DNA of 64,000 nucleotides, taken from positions 1 to 64,000 of the forward strand of contig KZ538214.1 in NCBI GenBank assembly GCA_000934665.2. The letters run 5' to 3'. Shown one piece after another: positions 48,791 to 62,300 of the stretch. The DNA comes from Catajapyx aquilonaris (lineage: Eukaryota). The number at the start of each line of letters is the position of its first letter. Within the stretch, counting starts at the first letter, position 1. A program made the translations under genes and the position numbers. Under the pieces are notes generated by a model. It was not told where the DNA came from. It did not search any database and worked only from the letters and a program-made list of their open reading frames with translations.

Positions 48791-50129
48791 TTTCCTCTTT
48801 CCTGATGGTGCAGTGCACCCTGCAGAGATGCTGAGTACAGTAGCCCCAATTTTTTCCTCTCCCAACAATCAAACCAGTTCATCCCGAAGCAAGGCCTACG
48901 GCAGCATCTTCTTTATGCAGCCGTGTTTTTTGTCTGCTATTTTTGCGAGGAACACTGGGGGCTCCTAACTGGTTGTTTTCTGCATGGCATGAGCAACCGG
49001 CAGCAGGTTTCCAGCTAAAATGTTTCGCGGGCGTATTATCAACCACGACATATTTTAGATGCAAACTGCTGTTCGTGATATCAACGCTGGAGTAATGCGG
49101 CATTTTAATTATAGTCCATTTCGAGGGAGGATAGACCCGATTTTTGAACCCTTCCTTTATACAACAACTATAGACGGTTGATGCGATGACGTGGGCCTCA
49201 TCCGCACAACATATCTCCGTATTTGGCGAACGACCTCGATGCCCCGCATGAGACACCTGTAATTCACGCAGGTACCGATCGTTGATCTGGTTGGTAAACA
49301 AAACTGGCGAAAGTTTACGAGCCAGTAATTATATTGGTAATTTAATATTCAAAGCTGCTGTGCTCCGTATAAGGCCGCTCCTGATCGGTGATTTTGCATC
49401 TCGGCCGGAATAAATTGATTCGATAATCATGAGGTGCAAGAGGGGGGGTTGACATGATGTTGAGGGACACGACCCTGGGTGGAAATCAGCTCCTTGGTAA
49501 CAGTGATTGTCGAGTGACATGTACTTAACGCAAACCAGATCTGACAGTAAAAAAAAATTGGGGGGTTGGGGGGAGGGGAGGTGGAGAATCTCGGTTGAAG
49601 AAATGCGGTCTCTGCGAGCTCGTTTTTATTCCCATGGATTTTAAAAAAGGAATACGCCTTTCTCACGCAATGTACTGAGAATCTAATGAGGTGGAGCGGT
49701 TATTCGCACCAGTACATGCACAAAAAAATATTATCAACAATTTTTCAATCTTCAATAGTACAGAGACACGCATTCTTGCCCTATCTCACTTCTGGGGAGG
49801 AAAGAAGCGATTATAAGTCCGGACAAAACGGGGCAGTGACTTAGACTTATGCTGTCATTTTTAATCCGGGTATATACTAAGACGTAATAAACACTGACCT
49901 TACGTCCTGGTGGATTAATCTCCAACGGTACTTCTTGTCGTTACGCTTCTGTAAGCATTACTACTGCAACTAGTGTACTTGTCAACAAAACCCTTTACCT
50001 AGAAGCATTGCAGCAAACACAAACTAGTTTCAGTACATAAGTTACAGTTACCAGTCACGAATTAGCTACTTAGACTCTATAAAAAACATGTTATAAGCTT
50101 ACAGAGTTTAGTGACACTTTAAGCATGTA

Positions 50130-50363
50130 CAGGGTGATGAAAAGGTGTGCACTTCCTCGCTTTTATATTCCAATAAAGAAACTGCGCCATTTTTGGATGT
50201 TTAACAATATTATACTGCACAAGAGTAACAATATGATAGGGAATGTACTGTTGGATTATAACTAGTCGGATGACACCTATTGTTCAAGTCGTACAATTTT
50301 CTCCGTCACGAAGAGAATTTCATATCAGAATGTCAGGTAGTGAACACCTTTTGCACCTCCCTA
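50130..50363. mobile_element. Tc1/mariner-type MITE (old, diverged TIRs)
   Basis: TA-CAGGGTGATGAAAAGGTGTGCACT ... AGTGAACACCTTTTGCACCTCCCTA-TA. Confidence 0.65.
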
Positions 50364-52621
50364 TAAGGCAGTATAATATGATAAGGTCAAAGGTGATGCC
50401 TGGCTTGTAATCGCCTGTTTGAAAGCTAGCCCTTGAAGGACTTGGGTTACGACCGTTTCGTTGCTCCTAGAAATACAATGGACCGTTTCTTTTCCAAACA
50501 AGAACTTGCAATTTCTGCCACTGAATGACTTTTCGAAGGTGCTGCCAGTTCCTTTTTTTCTCCTCCACCCTAACTCTGTTGATATAGTGGATCTCATTTG
50601 AGCAGGTTGATATATTGGTAGGAAAACGGCTCCATTTATGGACTCCGGACCTGTAAATAAAAGCTAAGGAGGTTAAATTATTACTCGGCGAAAATTCCAT
50701 CGGCACTCGGTAAATACAGAGCAGTAATTCCTAAGGGCCACCCCGTTAAATGGGTTGCATGACTTTACGATCGGCCTGTGGCCTATACAACTCGGAAGCT
50801 GACGTGAAAAATTTATTTGAATACACTCCAGTGAGTGTGCACCTCCTGCAAAAAAAAATGTGTTTGTGACAGTGACGGAAGCAAATGTGTCACACACTCG
50901 TGCCGTTCAAAACGTGCTTCTTCTTATCTTGACAAACAACAAAGTTCCATCCGTCATGTGGCGGGGTCCGTATGATTTCACAGGCATTTGTCTCCCTGGG
51001 ATGGTGACCACAACGGTTGACCTCTGCTCGTATATTTTCCGGGAAAAAGCGTCGTGATATTTACTGGTCTGCAAGGTCTCGCCGTGCACGAACAAAGGAC
51101 ATGGAAAACGCTGATATGATTTTCTGCCCCTGTGCATGGTTTTGCCACTCGATAGGCTTCTCTGTAATAATAGACCACCGATAGGAAAGTACGTGCCAGA
51201 TCCAGTAGATTCCAATACTTACACCTCAGGGCAAATGCTGACCATTAATTTTCAATGAAAACTGGTGATTATGAGTCACTCGTGTCTTTTTATGGGCAAG
51301 CAGTAGTCTGTCCTTCTTAATTTTTTTTTTCTGGCTGACTAGGAACGTGCTCCTTGATCTGTCGAAGAAAAATTGTCGACATCACTTCCGCCATTGAAAG
51401 CAGAAGGTCACGGACGGCGTTTGATGATGGGAAAGTGACAATTGGTCGCGTCATCACAGCCTTTTGTTCCTTGACACTGCGAATATTCCAAGCTGGAGTT
51501 CATTTTCCGGGCCAATGCGTCTCTAATTTTGAGACCTGCGTAATGTGAGAAAATGTCTCCACGCTAAATTACACCCATATTTCGGGGTTCCTGAAGGTTC
51601 ATTGATTGAAAAAAAATGTATAACAGTCCTTGTTTATATGACACAAGTGACAACCGGTTGTGTCATAATGAAATGGAAACTCCCTTCTAAAAGTGGGTCA
51701 GCTGTGTGTCTCTCCACACCGTTGCTGGAAAAGAGCTGCCGAGAGATGAGGCTTGCGCTTCCATGGACCACCCTCCTCCCCAGTATCTTCTTGCCCAGTA
51801 TCGATCCCATCCCAGGCTGCATAATTCAGGGCTGTTGGAAACCCCCAGGATGAAGGAGACCTACTACAGAAGGGGGGCGCCTGTGGGTCCGCATTGATTC
51901 CCAAGCCTTTCCCCACCTCCCCATGCTGCTGCCAGGGCTTCCTGTTTTTCACTTTGGGACTCAACTTCTTCTTAGGCCTACACCACCCACTCCCTGGGAT
52001 GTCAATCATGGCGGACTGTTGACGCTTTACACTTGTTTTCCTTGCCATGTCGTCCCCCGGCGCCTGACTACGACGGGCGTGATATATATTCATGGATTGT
52101 GCATCAGAAGCAATCGGACAGGAAGCCCTTCCCTTAGTCAAGATGGGCGATAAAAAGATAGATGCAATCCGCAAGTGGGAGGACAATATGGCTGGGCCTA
52201 GTGGCCATTTTATCTGATGAAGTGAAATACCAAACGGATTTTTGCTAAACCGCCGAAAATGAGTGGTGGCTAGTATTCCCCAAGGTGTTTCAGTCTCTGC
52301 TTTCAGACGATATCAGAAAGCAGACATGATATCTTGCCCAAACGACACCTCTCTTGTTGTATGGCTCTCCACGGGGCTGTATGAAACGGTACACGGCCTT
52401 TACGGGTATTCAGAGCAGGATTTCGTGACACTTTTCAGTATAGGGGAAGAAAATGTGGGACTGAAATATTTCGGTTGGACTTCTTCACTATTTACTGGAC
52501 CTGTGACCATAGTTAAATAAGGATTCAAGAGTTTCAATTACCTGGTGGTAACAAGATAAGGTCAAAATAATAATTATAAACAACTAATTGACGCCACACT
52601 GTGCGGACTTTCCACATTATA

Positions 52622-53091
52622 CAGTTGAATCCGGATATCACAGACTGCAAGGGACCGCGGAAAATAGTATGATATAACCGAGGTCTGTTATAGCCAAATC
52701 GCCATTTTTGCAACGACGAATACACGAAGTTTTTTGCTTTCCATATGCATATCGATGCCTCTAATGCACACTACTACATATTGATTAATGAAATCCATCA
52801 CAAATGCCAAATTAACTCATCCGAAAATTATGCAGGACTTAAAAAATCCGCAATTTTCTTCTGCCATCTCCTTGTTGCCAATTATATACCAGAAAAAGCA
52901 TAATTATTTCCCCTTCAAAGAGCCAAGAAATGGTTTGTTATATAGCCGAGTTGAGGTAAAATGAGTCTGTTACATCAGGAGTAAAAATACATTTATACAG
53001 GGCCTTATGGAAGCATGGCGGAACCAGCCTGTTGAGTCTGTTATAACCGAATGTCTGTTATAGCCGAAGCTGTTATATACGGATTCAACTT
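52622..53091. mobile_element. Tigger/pogo-like MITE
   Basis: TA-CAGTTGAATCCGGATATCACAG ... CTGTTATATACGGATTCAACT(T)-TA, with repeated subterminal GTTATAGCC/TATAACCG motifs. Confidence 0.82.
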
Positions 53092-53322
53092 TACAATAAA
53101 TATGTACAATTTGTACAGTATTAATACAATAAATATGTACAATTTGTACAGTATTAATACAATAAATATGTACAATTTGTACAGTATTAATACAATAAAT
53201 ATGTACCATTTGTACAGTATTAATACAATAAATATGTACCATTTGTACAGTATTAATACAATAAATATGTACCATTTGTACAGTATTAATACAATAAATA
53301 TGTACCATTTGTACAGTATTTA
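53092..53322. repeat. 33-bp tandem minisatellite, 7 copies
   Basis: Unit TACAATAAATATGTAC(A/C)ATTTGTACAGTATTAA, head-to-tail with no spacers. Confidence 0.95.
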
Positions 53323-56300
53323 TAAAATAAATTTGTAACAGAACTATGAGGCCATCCTTTACGAACATTATGAACAACATATTTCAGTGATACTCTTCTC
53401 TAAAATATATACTGTACCCACCAGTTCAGTATTGATTTACTTGCCAATATAATTGAAATGGAAAATCGCGTTGCTCTTGGGTCGTGAGAAGCGTTTTATT
53501 TTCTCTGCTAATGAAGTAATCACATCCTTGGGAAAATTGTCGGTTGCAAAAACAATAACAGTCAGGCCTCACCCGGTAGTTTCTTTCAAGTCAACACGAA
53601 ATCAGCGGAAGCTCGAACTCATTTTGTTGTTTTTTTTACAATAAAAAAACATACTACAGTCTGCTGGGTGCAGACGGTACTATATCAATATGAACCTTCG
53701 GCATTTTATCGTACAGAGTCATACGTGCGCCAAAAGGAGAACAGACGATATACGCCAATGGCGTGCAATTTAATTGCTCCGTTGACCAATCGACATACTT
53801 TGATTAGCGTACGGCTCATATCAGGAGCGAAATTATGCCACTAGCGCAGCTGATGTTCGGAACTAATTGGTCAAATGCCAGCTTTAATTCTCTTTTATCA
53901 GCTCTATAGCCACAATGACGCTTCAGCGTGATTATGTGCACGTTTTGTTCCAGGCAGATCTATTTTTCTCAGCTAAAAATAGCCACAAAAATTAATTTAC
54001 TAATTATTAGTGTACGTCGTATACAATGTGATTCCACCAACAATTGTGATTATATTAAGAGCGACAACATGTTGGTGAAACTTGTACTACATGTCCAAAA
54101 TAATTATGAAATGTGCTGAATAATTTTAGTTTGAATTTCCGCAATAGACTACGACTAATTCATAACAACTGAAGGATTTGTCGGCTTATGCGCTTTTAAA
54201 GTTTTTGAATGTTTGCGTGTTTGTTGTCGTATAATGAGCCCTTCACCCCAACCTCTCACACAACATTATCATCCTCAGAGACAATTGATCAAGCTCCTAT
54301 ATCAAAGGGCAATGCCCTCATCATCTCTTGATGTTTCAAGCCACTGACGTTTGTGATAAGTCGGAGACAACAAGCGGCACGCAGGTTTGCTCAGCTAAAA
54401 TTAGTCGCATGTTTTCATTTCGAATTCATGGATATGTGTTTCTCTTGTCATTCCTGCGACCCTGCTTATATATACGTATATATTTTTTCGAAACAAGTTT
54501 CTCGCAAAAAGAAAAGCTGCAGTAATATTCCTGGAAGTTTGAGCAAAAGTGCACGCCACAAACTTTTCTATTAATACAAGATGGCTTGTAGGCAAAGGAA
54601 TATTTTGGCAGGACTTGTGGGAGAGAAAAAAAAGTGGGCGGAGCAAGTATGCTCTTTATTGTACTTTCTTCGCTGCAAATAATAATAATAATTCGGCGAA
54701 CGGTACCGCAACTTTGGGAGGCAACGAACCATGCGGTTACCACGTCCTCCAAAAAAAAAGAAGTCTGAGGAGAAAGAAGTGAAAACTGGACTTGCCAGCT
54801 TCGGTGATATTTATCATAACCATAAATGCTGCTCGGTGGATCCCGAAACGAGAGTTTATGGGCCTGGCAGGTAACATCCGTTTGGAAGGATGCATCTGTA
54901 AATAGGTTCAATAGAGTACATCGTCAGGTCATTGTACTGTACCCTTGCTATATACGGAAACTCCTCCCGTCCTCTTTTTATTTTTACCTGCCTGTTACTT
55001 TTTTAAACATTTATTGACCTCAGGCCCCCCAACATATTGACCTGGATTCTATTTTCATAACTGAAAAGCATGCAATGTTACCCATCATCTCGACCCCTTT
55101 TTTTGCCAAGTTACAACAATTTTTTTTTCCAGCCACCGCAACTGGAGCGTTACGGTCATGTTCCACCTCAATTTTTTCGCTGTACTTTACTGGCAATTGT
55201 GCGAAACCGGCAAAATGGACCGGGAAATAGCTGGCATATGGTCGTTGTCGGGTCCCCAGAAGTTGCTCTTATTCTGTGTGCGGAATATTATTCATAGACT
55301 ACTTGGACCCAGATTTATGCGTACGTGTAACACCCGATGAATTTCCTCTCAAGCGCTGACCTTAAATCTGGCATGTATAGGAGGTAATTAGTTGTAACAT
55401 TTCAGGGCCTTGTCCAAAGCGCATAAACACCACGTCTAAAATAGGGTTAGGCAACCGTCGATGATAGAACAGGGCCAAATCGACACATATGCTGTGCCAA
55501 GAAAGCGGAAGTGATTTCAAGGTCAGACTCTCTTTTTGCCAAATTTTTATTGCATCAGAATACACTGATCCTGAGGAGTTTTGAAGGGCTGCTGGTAGAT
55601 AAGTCAGGATGATATTACTTCTAATGGGGATCGCATGCTTACATGCGACGATTTATTTTTACCTGGACCCGTACATTGTATAAAATGGTGTGCGGCAGAC
55701 TTCTGGTAACCGGCATATCTTTTTTCAGGACGTGTACATCGCTTTAGGCGTTTCGAGTGAAAAGGGCGATGCCTGGAAGTCACGGAATCTAAGGATTAAA
55801 AGGAGTCGTACACCGTGTGTACAGTATATACGATCGTCGTGATTACGACGTCTCTTATTACTTATACGCCTCTGTGGCCTTTAGGCATATTTCTTTAATG
55901 GACTGCTGGTTGGGAATTGAAAGAAAACGGGAGGTAACGTATAGCTGTGCCATACGTGCAATTCGCAAAATGCCAAGAGGTCGAGTGCAAATTGGCATTT
56001 TGAATTCGCGAAACAGTTGCAGCTTGCTGGAATTACTGATCAGAAAATTGGAAGTTGCGGAATGTGACACGAAAGTTCGACGCGTGTTTGCACGCACCAG
56101 ATCTCGAAAGTCCTGCTGACCTGAATTCATGGTGTGAATGGTAGCTTAGCACATGGAAAGACTATATGCGAAAGGAAGTGCATCCAAGTTCATATTGTTA
56201 TGTCACTGATTAGCTCCACACAAAATGAAGGAAGTAGGCTGCATCCTTCTGGCTTATGAGGAATATATTGAATGTGTCTCCAAACACACCAGGATTTTTT

Positions 56301-59300
56301 CTTCTACAAATTGTGTATCAGGATGTATGTATAGACTATCATTATATGGTCAGCAAGTGTTGGCCACAGACTTCTCTTAGACAAACAATGTATTAGAACT
56401 AAGAAAGTGAAGAAAGGTGTGGGCGGTATTTGCAGTTTCAATTTTTCTCGTGTGACCAAACCAGCCTTGCATGCAACTTCCACCGAATTTCTACTTTATC
56501 TCATATTATTGAACCCCAATGGACCGTTTCCGTGACCAATTAATTAGCACGCCTTTTTTCTATTGCACACAATGGCTGGGGGATGAGTATCATTTCAAAT
56601 CTTACCTGCAAAAAAATTCAAAAAGGGTGTGGATACCTGGTCCCTTTAAAAGTTGTTATTCTAAAAGTGTTGCGCGCAATCAGCAAACAAGTTCAGCTAA
56701 TTCTGTTGTTGTCGTCGGCAACAGCACCACACAGCCTGGCAAAACAGGTTCATTCCTTGCCAGCGACATACGTATACGTACCCACCTTTCTCGGGGGGGA
56801 AAAGGCCGAGAAAAGCACGGAGGCGATGATGGATGTCTAGGGAAGATGGTATCTCGAGACAGGGCCAGAGTGAGCCTGACGAGTGGCGTAGGTTCCATCT
56901 GTCAAGAGTTTCAGTTGGTGAACTGGATGCTGGATGGTTTGCCCCCATCGCTTTATATACTGTATAATATATATATAAAAAGTTGAATGGCAAGGTTATA
57001 TCCGGACCGTCTATATTCCGCAATAGTCAAATTGATAGTGTAAGGAAATGAAGCTCTACCCAACCCAAAAGATGCTATGCGGATCGATCGAATATTAGCA
57101 ATAAAATCACTACCAGTGGGCTGGAATTATTGGCATTCTGTCAAACTGTAGTAAAATAATTCGGAGTAGTTTTGCTCATTTTGAAGTGTACAGCATTGTA
57201 CAAAACAGCAAAACCAATCAATAATTTCATGAACATGCCTATACCCCTCTCTCTTTATCCTGCCACTTCTTATTTTACGATTACAGCACTTGGATCGTTG
57301 GATGTCATTACTTGGTACAACTAAGGGCAATCAGTGGTGGTCACAAGACACCGCAGGAAAGGGGAGGATTGCAATTAAGCGATGTAAAGTTTCGCACTGC
57401 TATGCTCAGATTCATAAAACCATTTCAAGTTGAAATGGGCTCCCGTTCGCGCTGCCTCAATTTTAATAAAATACTCACGCAGCGTCCATGTTATGGTTTG
57501 CTAATGATTTCGCAATTGCACCACAATTTCAGTCAAATATATTGCACGCAAGGCGATAGTTACGCCTGATTTCCTCCCCACCAAGCTTGATTGTTACTGC
57601 CCCGAGGATTATTACCCCCTGTTCTTTAGAAAATGGGTTCCAATCGTAAATAACAAGCTACAACACTACTACTTGCTTCGCGTATGTGAGTGCAGAGTAC
57701 AATAGCCTTTGTGAGTCAGCTTGCTTGCATGGGATGTGATGTGTGACCAGTTTGCAAGAGTGAACTTTGGCGCCATCTTTCGTGCCACAAACTGGCGAGC
57801 AGCTTGCAATGCTGGTTGCATAACAGCTCAGGAAATGTCGGGTTCAAGCAGGACCAGAATTCGTATATAAATTATACATAAAAATAAGCTCACGGTAGCC
57901 GCACATAAATAATGCAATACAGTGCTAATCCAACCTCATGAAAACTGCAGAGAAGTTGTCCTATTGCGTAACATTGAGTCACGATGAAGAGTTTCTAAAA
58001 GTTAAAATAGCTGCAATCCTTTCTCTCCGCTCCGTCGCGGCTTCTTACAAGGAGAATTACACGCGTCAGTTGCACGACCACTTTTGCTCAATTCAAGCAA
58101 ATCAGTTGCAGCCAGCAGGGTGCTGGGATGGGCCCCAGCAGCACTTTTTGTCAAGTTCATCTTGAAAGTGCCTCAAAATTAAATTACACTCTCTTAAATT
58201 ATACGCGAAGACTTGTGCATCACACTGTACAGGAATCATTTGGCAGTGACACACATAGTGGTGGGAAAGTGTGACAAATTGCATATGCAGATTGAGAATT
58301 AGGTCCCAATAAACAGTGTTATGATGAATAACTGTGCATGTTTTTTTTTTTGCTGTATCTTAGAGATGAGAAGACATGATAGAGAGAAAATTGATTTCCA
58401 GGGAGGGTAAAGTGTAGTGGGAACAAAAAGTTTAGAGAGGAGTGGTGTCGGAGAGAAGAGATTTGCAATCGATCTCACATGGAGAATGGAGGCAGCCTCG
58501 ATAAGTGGGGCATTTCCTAATGGGTTCTGGCTCTTACACTTTTATGACTCCGGTTCCCAATGCAAGTGCAGGCGACGCCGCTGTATTTCAATGGGATTGG
58601 AAATGAAACCACCGCCCATGATCATTCACAACTGCATCTTATTGCGCAATGCAATCGGGGAGAGTACAGGTGTAATAAAAAAGAGGCCGTTTTCTTGCCA
58701 GTTATTCCACGATTTCATTTACTCTGGAAGAAATATACGGCTCGTCTCAGCAAAACGGCACTGGAAATAGGAAATGAAAATGTGATTTCGGTCCTTCCAT
58801 TTTTGAAATGATGACACCTGTGACCTTCGAATTAAATTCTAATGAGGACATGCCAATGATTCTTTTACTGTCTAGATTAATATGCGAAAAAGCAAAAAAA
58901 CGTCATCTTTAATTCCTTGGGTCATTTTTGCACATTTTATCACGCTGATTGTTGCATTGAACTTGATTATGAATATTCCAGTTTCTTTCCTCAGAAGCGC
59001 TAAGCTTCACATATCTTGCGGCTTGTTTTTATTATACTGAAGCCCAATCATCTCCCTCAGGTATTTTCCCAGGCATGAATTTTAAAACTATTGATATTCA
59101 TGTAATATTCAAGCCACTATACAACGTGCCAGTAGACCTCAGTAATTGCTGCTGGAAGATTCCGCGCACCCCCTTCGTCTCTTTAGAAGCACTGCTGAGA
59201 AATTGAACCGATTCCAGGATTCGCCGCTTCGGGCTTGAAACTAACTGCTTTTCCTAACTTTCTAGGGGCCGTAACAAGAGGCTTTAGCGCGCAAATAGAT

Positions 59301-62300
59301 CCTGATGGAAGTTTTCCGCCTCTGGGCAGAGGTTGTTTTCTGGTAATCTCGGCAAGAGGAGACCTCCGCAGGCTCAAAGCTTACATTACTGCTCCACTGA
59401 CCCGATCGCGCCTCGTTCTCTTTTTTTAAAACTTTTCTTTTTTTAACCAATTTACGCCAGCAGCCTTATCTCTGTTTGGGAATCGTTACCATGTAACGCA
59501 ACAAGCCTCAATTTATTTTATAGCCCATTGGCTTGGAATTAGGAAACTACTCCCTTGCACGAGACGGGATACTGTAAAAACGTCTCGATTAATATTGGTT
59601 AAGGAAGCTCGTGTGTGAGCGATTTTTAATCCCTCTAACTTGTACGCTTGCAATACAATCTGTGGTTGCTAGAGTTGGCCAATAATAAGCAATAATACTG
59701 TACATTGTACATAGAATATTCGCACAGTAAAGTCCTTTGAGGTGTAATAATAATTTCGCAGCAACTGTGCTGCTAAATATTTTGTGTATGAACTTCCTGC
59801 GAAATGGTGCAGATTAAAAATTTAATATCACCTTGAAAAATTGTGAAATAATCTTGTTTGCGGGCCCAAACTGCTGTGTGTTGTCTCGCACAAACAGGCG
59901 AGTCCAAGTTGGCTCATTCAGAGGATTTGAGCAGAGTAAATTAAGGCCATTATTCTTCACTAAAACAGCATGAACTAGTATATATGAAGGCCTTGAACCT
60001 GAATAGCGTTAGGGTGCAGCAGGAAAGGTTTTCATAGTCTCATTATGTGGCACGCAAATGTGCAGTTTTTTTTTCCCCCGTCACTTCCATACAAGTCAGT
60101 TTTTTTTTAAAGAGTGCTTATTATCTTCCCCAAATCTACTATGCAAAAACGACATGAGTAGAGCCAATTTATTGCCTCCTTGTCTGAATAAATTTTAAGA
60201 TTATTAGCGTACTGCGCAGAAACATTACGATCGTGATTGTGCAATTATCGCTACAACAGTTTTATCCTTTCCTGCCAATATCGTGACGGAAACTTTCACG
60301 TTTTGCTAAAGTTTTACCACCTTTTTTCTTCGCAAGCAGGATGGGGAAAAAACTACTCACTTTCTAAGTAGATCAGTTTGAGCAATAAGGTGTCAATGCA
60401 GCGCATATTAAATGGAGGAATAATCCTAGAGGACATGTCGAGGAAGATTAATTTTTTTTTTCAGAATCGAGAGGCGTTATTAATTTCCCTTTTAATCTTG
60501 GGAGTAAGGAATTTGACAGAAGCTGGGTTGGCGCCGGAACAAACCTGCTGTCTGGAGAATAATAGTGAGTAATGGATCTACTGTCAAAGACTCAGTCTCC
60601 TGCAAGGGCTGGGCGATAAGGAGGATTGCGCTGCCAAATAAACGGACCAGCAGAAGAACCTCATTCAAACTCCAGCAGTAGTGGAAATTAACTGCCGAGT
60701 TATGTGACTGATTAACTTTGTGAAATGTTATTGAATGCAAACTATTCGGGAATGAACCCATGGGCACAAAGCTTATTATTCGTTAGTGATAAGACTACAT
60801 GCTTTTGTCATATCCGACAATATATTTGTGTATACACTTTTGTTTCACGATATCGATGCCATATGGGAGTTTTATCATTTTTGGAATGTGTTGTAATCTA
60901 TTGGCACATGGCATGCTATCATTGCTTGATCATCCAGATAGCCATAGCCAGAATGAACTGCCCACGTGAAATATGATCTCTGCAGCATAATAATTTTACC
61001 AGTTGTCATAGAGCATTGAAGCAATATTGATAAAAAGCAAATTCATTTCAAAAGCTAGCTGGACAATGAGATTTAATATGATTGCATGATATTGGCTTGT
61101 ATACAGTATACACTGTCTGCTACTACAATATAACGTATAGCCTACCTATAAAAAAAGAAATGTCGCCTTGCATATACTGTTCACAAGATGAATGTTATTA
61201 ATCAGGAGGCAACGCAGTATTGTATTATGAATATTTATGTGTGTATTTATTAACATAATTATATGTTTGAATGTATGGTCTGTCTTGCATACCTAGAAAG
61301 AATGTCTTTTAAACATTATAGCCTACATCTTGCCATACATTTGTAGGAAAACTGGCAGATCTTAATGCATTTTGCTTTTTTAAATTAAACTACATGTCAT
61401 AACTTCCATGAAATTACGGGGAAATTTTTATTAAGTACCCACTAGTGCTTTTAGAGCATATATATGCTCCAAAGGTTTCTTATTTCATTAGTAAATGGTT
61501 TTATTTACATGCTGGTACGAAGACTTGCAAATGTGTATACAGTATAAACTTACATGGGGCTTGAGAAAATTAAAAGAAGTCCTAAAAGCCGAAGAAGCTT
61601 TTATAAAGAAATTCATCAGTTCTAAGAAATATTATTACCTGCAGGATGTTGTCTAGACAGTGTACTAATATTAGACTTTCAAGCGATCTCTAGTAAAAAG
61701 AGCTAAAAAGCTAAGATTTTATGCTCTAATAATGAATGCGACTGGTTATATGAAAATGAGAAAACTGGAATATCTTCACTGATCCCTTTTACTACATACA
61801 TCTAACAGCTAAGTGGAACTGGCGATATTAAACAGTGGATTTATTTTCTACCACAGTGAAAAACAAGAATTTCCAACGCCTACAAGGAGCCATGATGGCA
61901 TGTCAGAGCCTAAAGAATTTGTCATCCACAAACGTCGCCATTATGCACCAAATCAAGCAATTTTCATCCGCTTTCCAGCTCGAGGCAAACATAGTGAAAT
62001 CTTGTGTTATATACAGTTTGCTCTATTCGTTTTCCGTCGGTATGAGATGGTTTGTCAAGGCGAACAATAATCCCCTCAGCTTGCCTTCCGGCCAGTTTTG
62101 TGCTGGGAAATTGCTTGCTTGTTGCCATTTGAACGGAAAAAAAGGTCGGAGCTGACGAATAGTCAGAAGCATGAAAGTGACTTGGCAACAAAAAAAGAGG
62201 CAATATTCATTTGATACCTCAAAGGCTTGAGCCTTGTGATGGCCCCCTGCTCTTGGAGAGTGGGCGTGACAGATGACTCCGAGCGGTGATTGATAAAGTG

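Noticed and set aside
48047..48968. Hydrophobic F/I/L/Y-rich ORFs
   Set aside because: Translations of T-rich low-complexity repeats.
51690..52520. GC-richer stretch with overlapping ORFs, including KIDAIRKW (reminiscent of a retrotransposon pol linker)
   Set aside because: No continuous RT/RNase H motifs or LTRs seen.
52970..53380. Repetitive ORFs (MVHIYCINTVQ.. / MYNLYSINTIN..) and a CRISPR-like look
   Set aside because: Head-to-tail 33-bp repeats with no spacers and no cas genes, in a eukaryote. The ORFs arise because the unit length is a multiple of 3.
60465..60564. Isolated exon-like segment (T-rich CAG acceptor, GTGAGT donor)
   Set aside because: No recognisable protein and no partner exons. 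Expected by chance in this much DNA.
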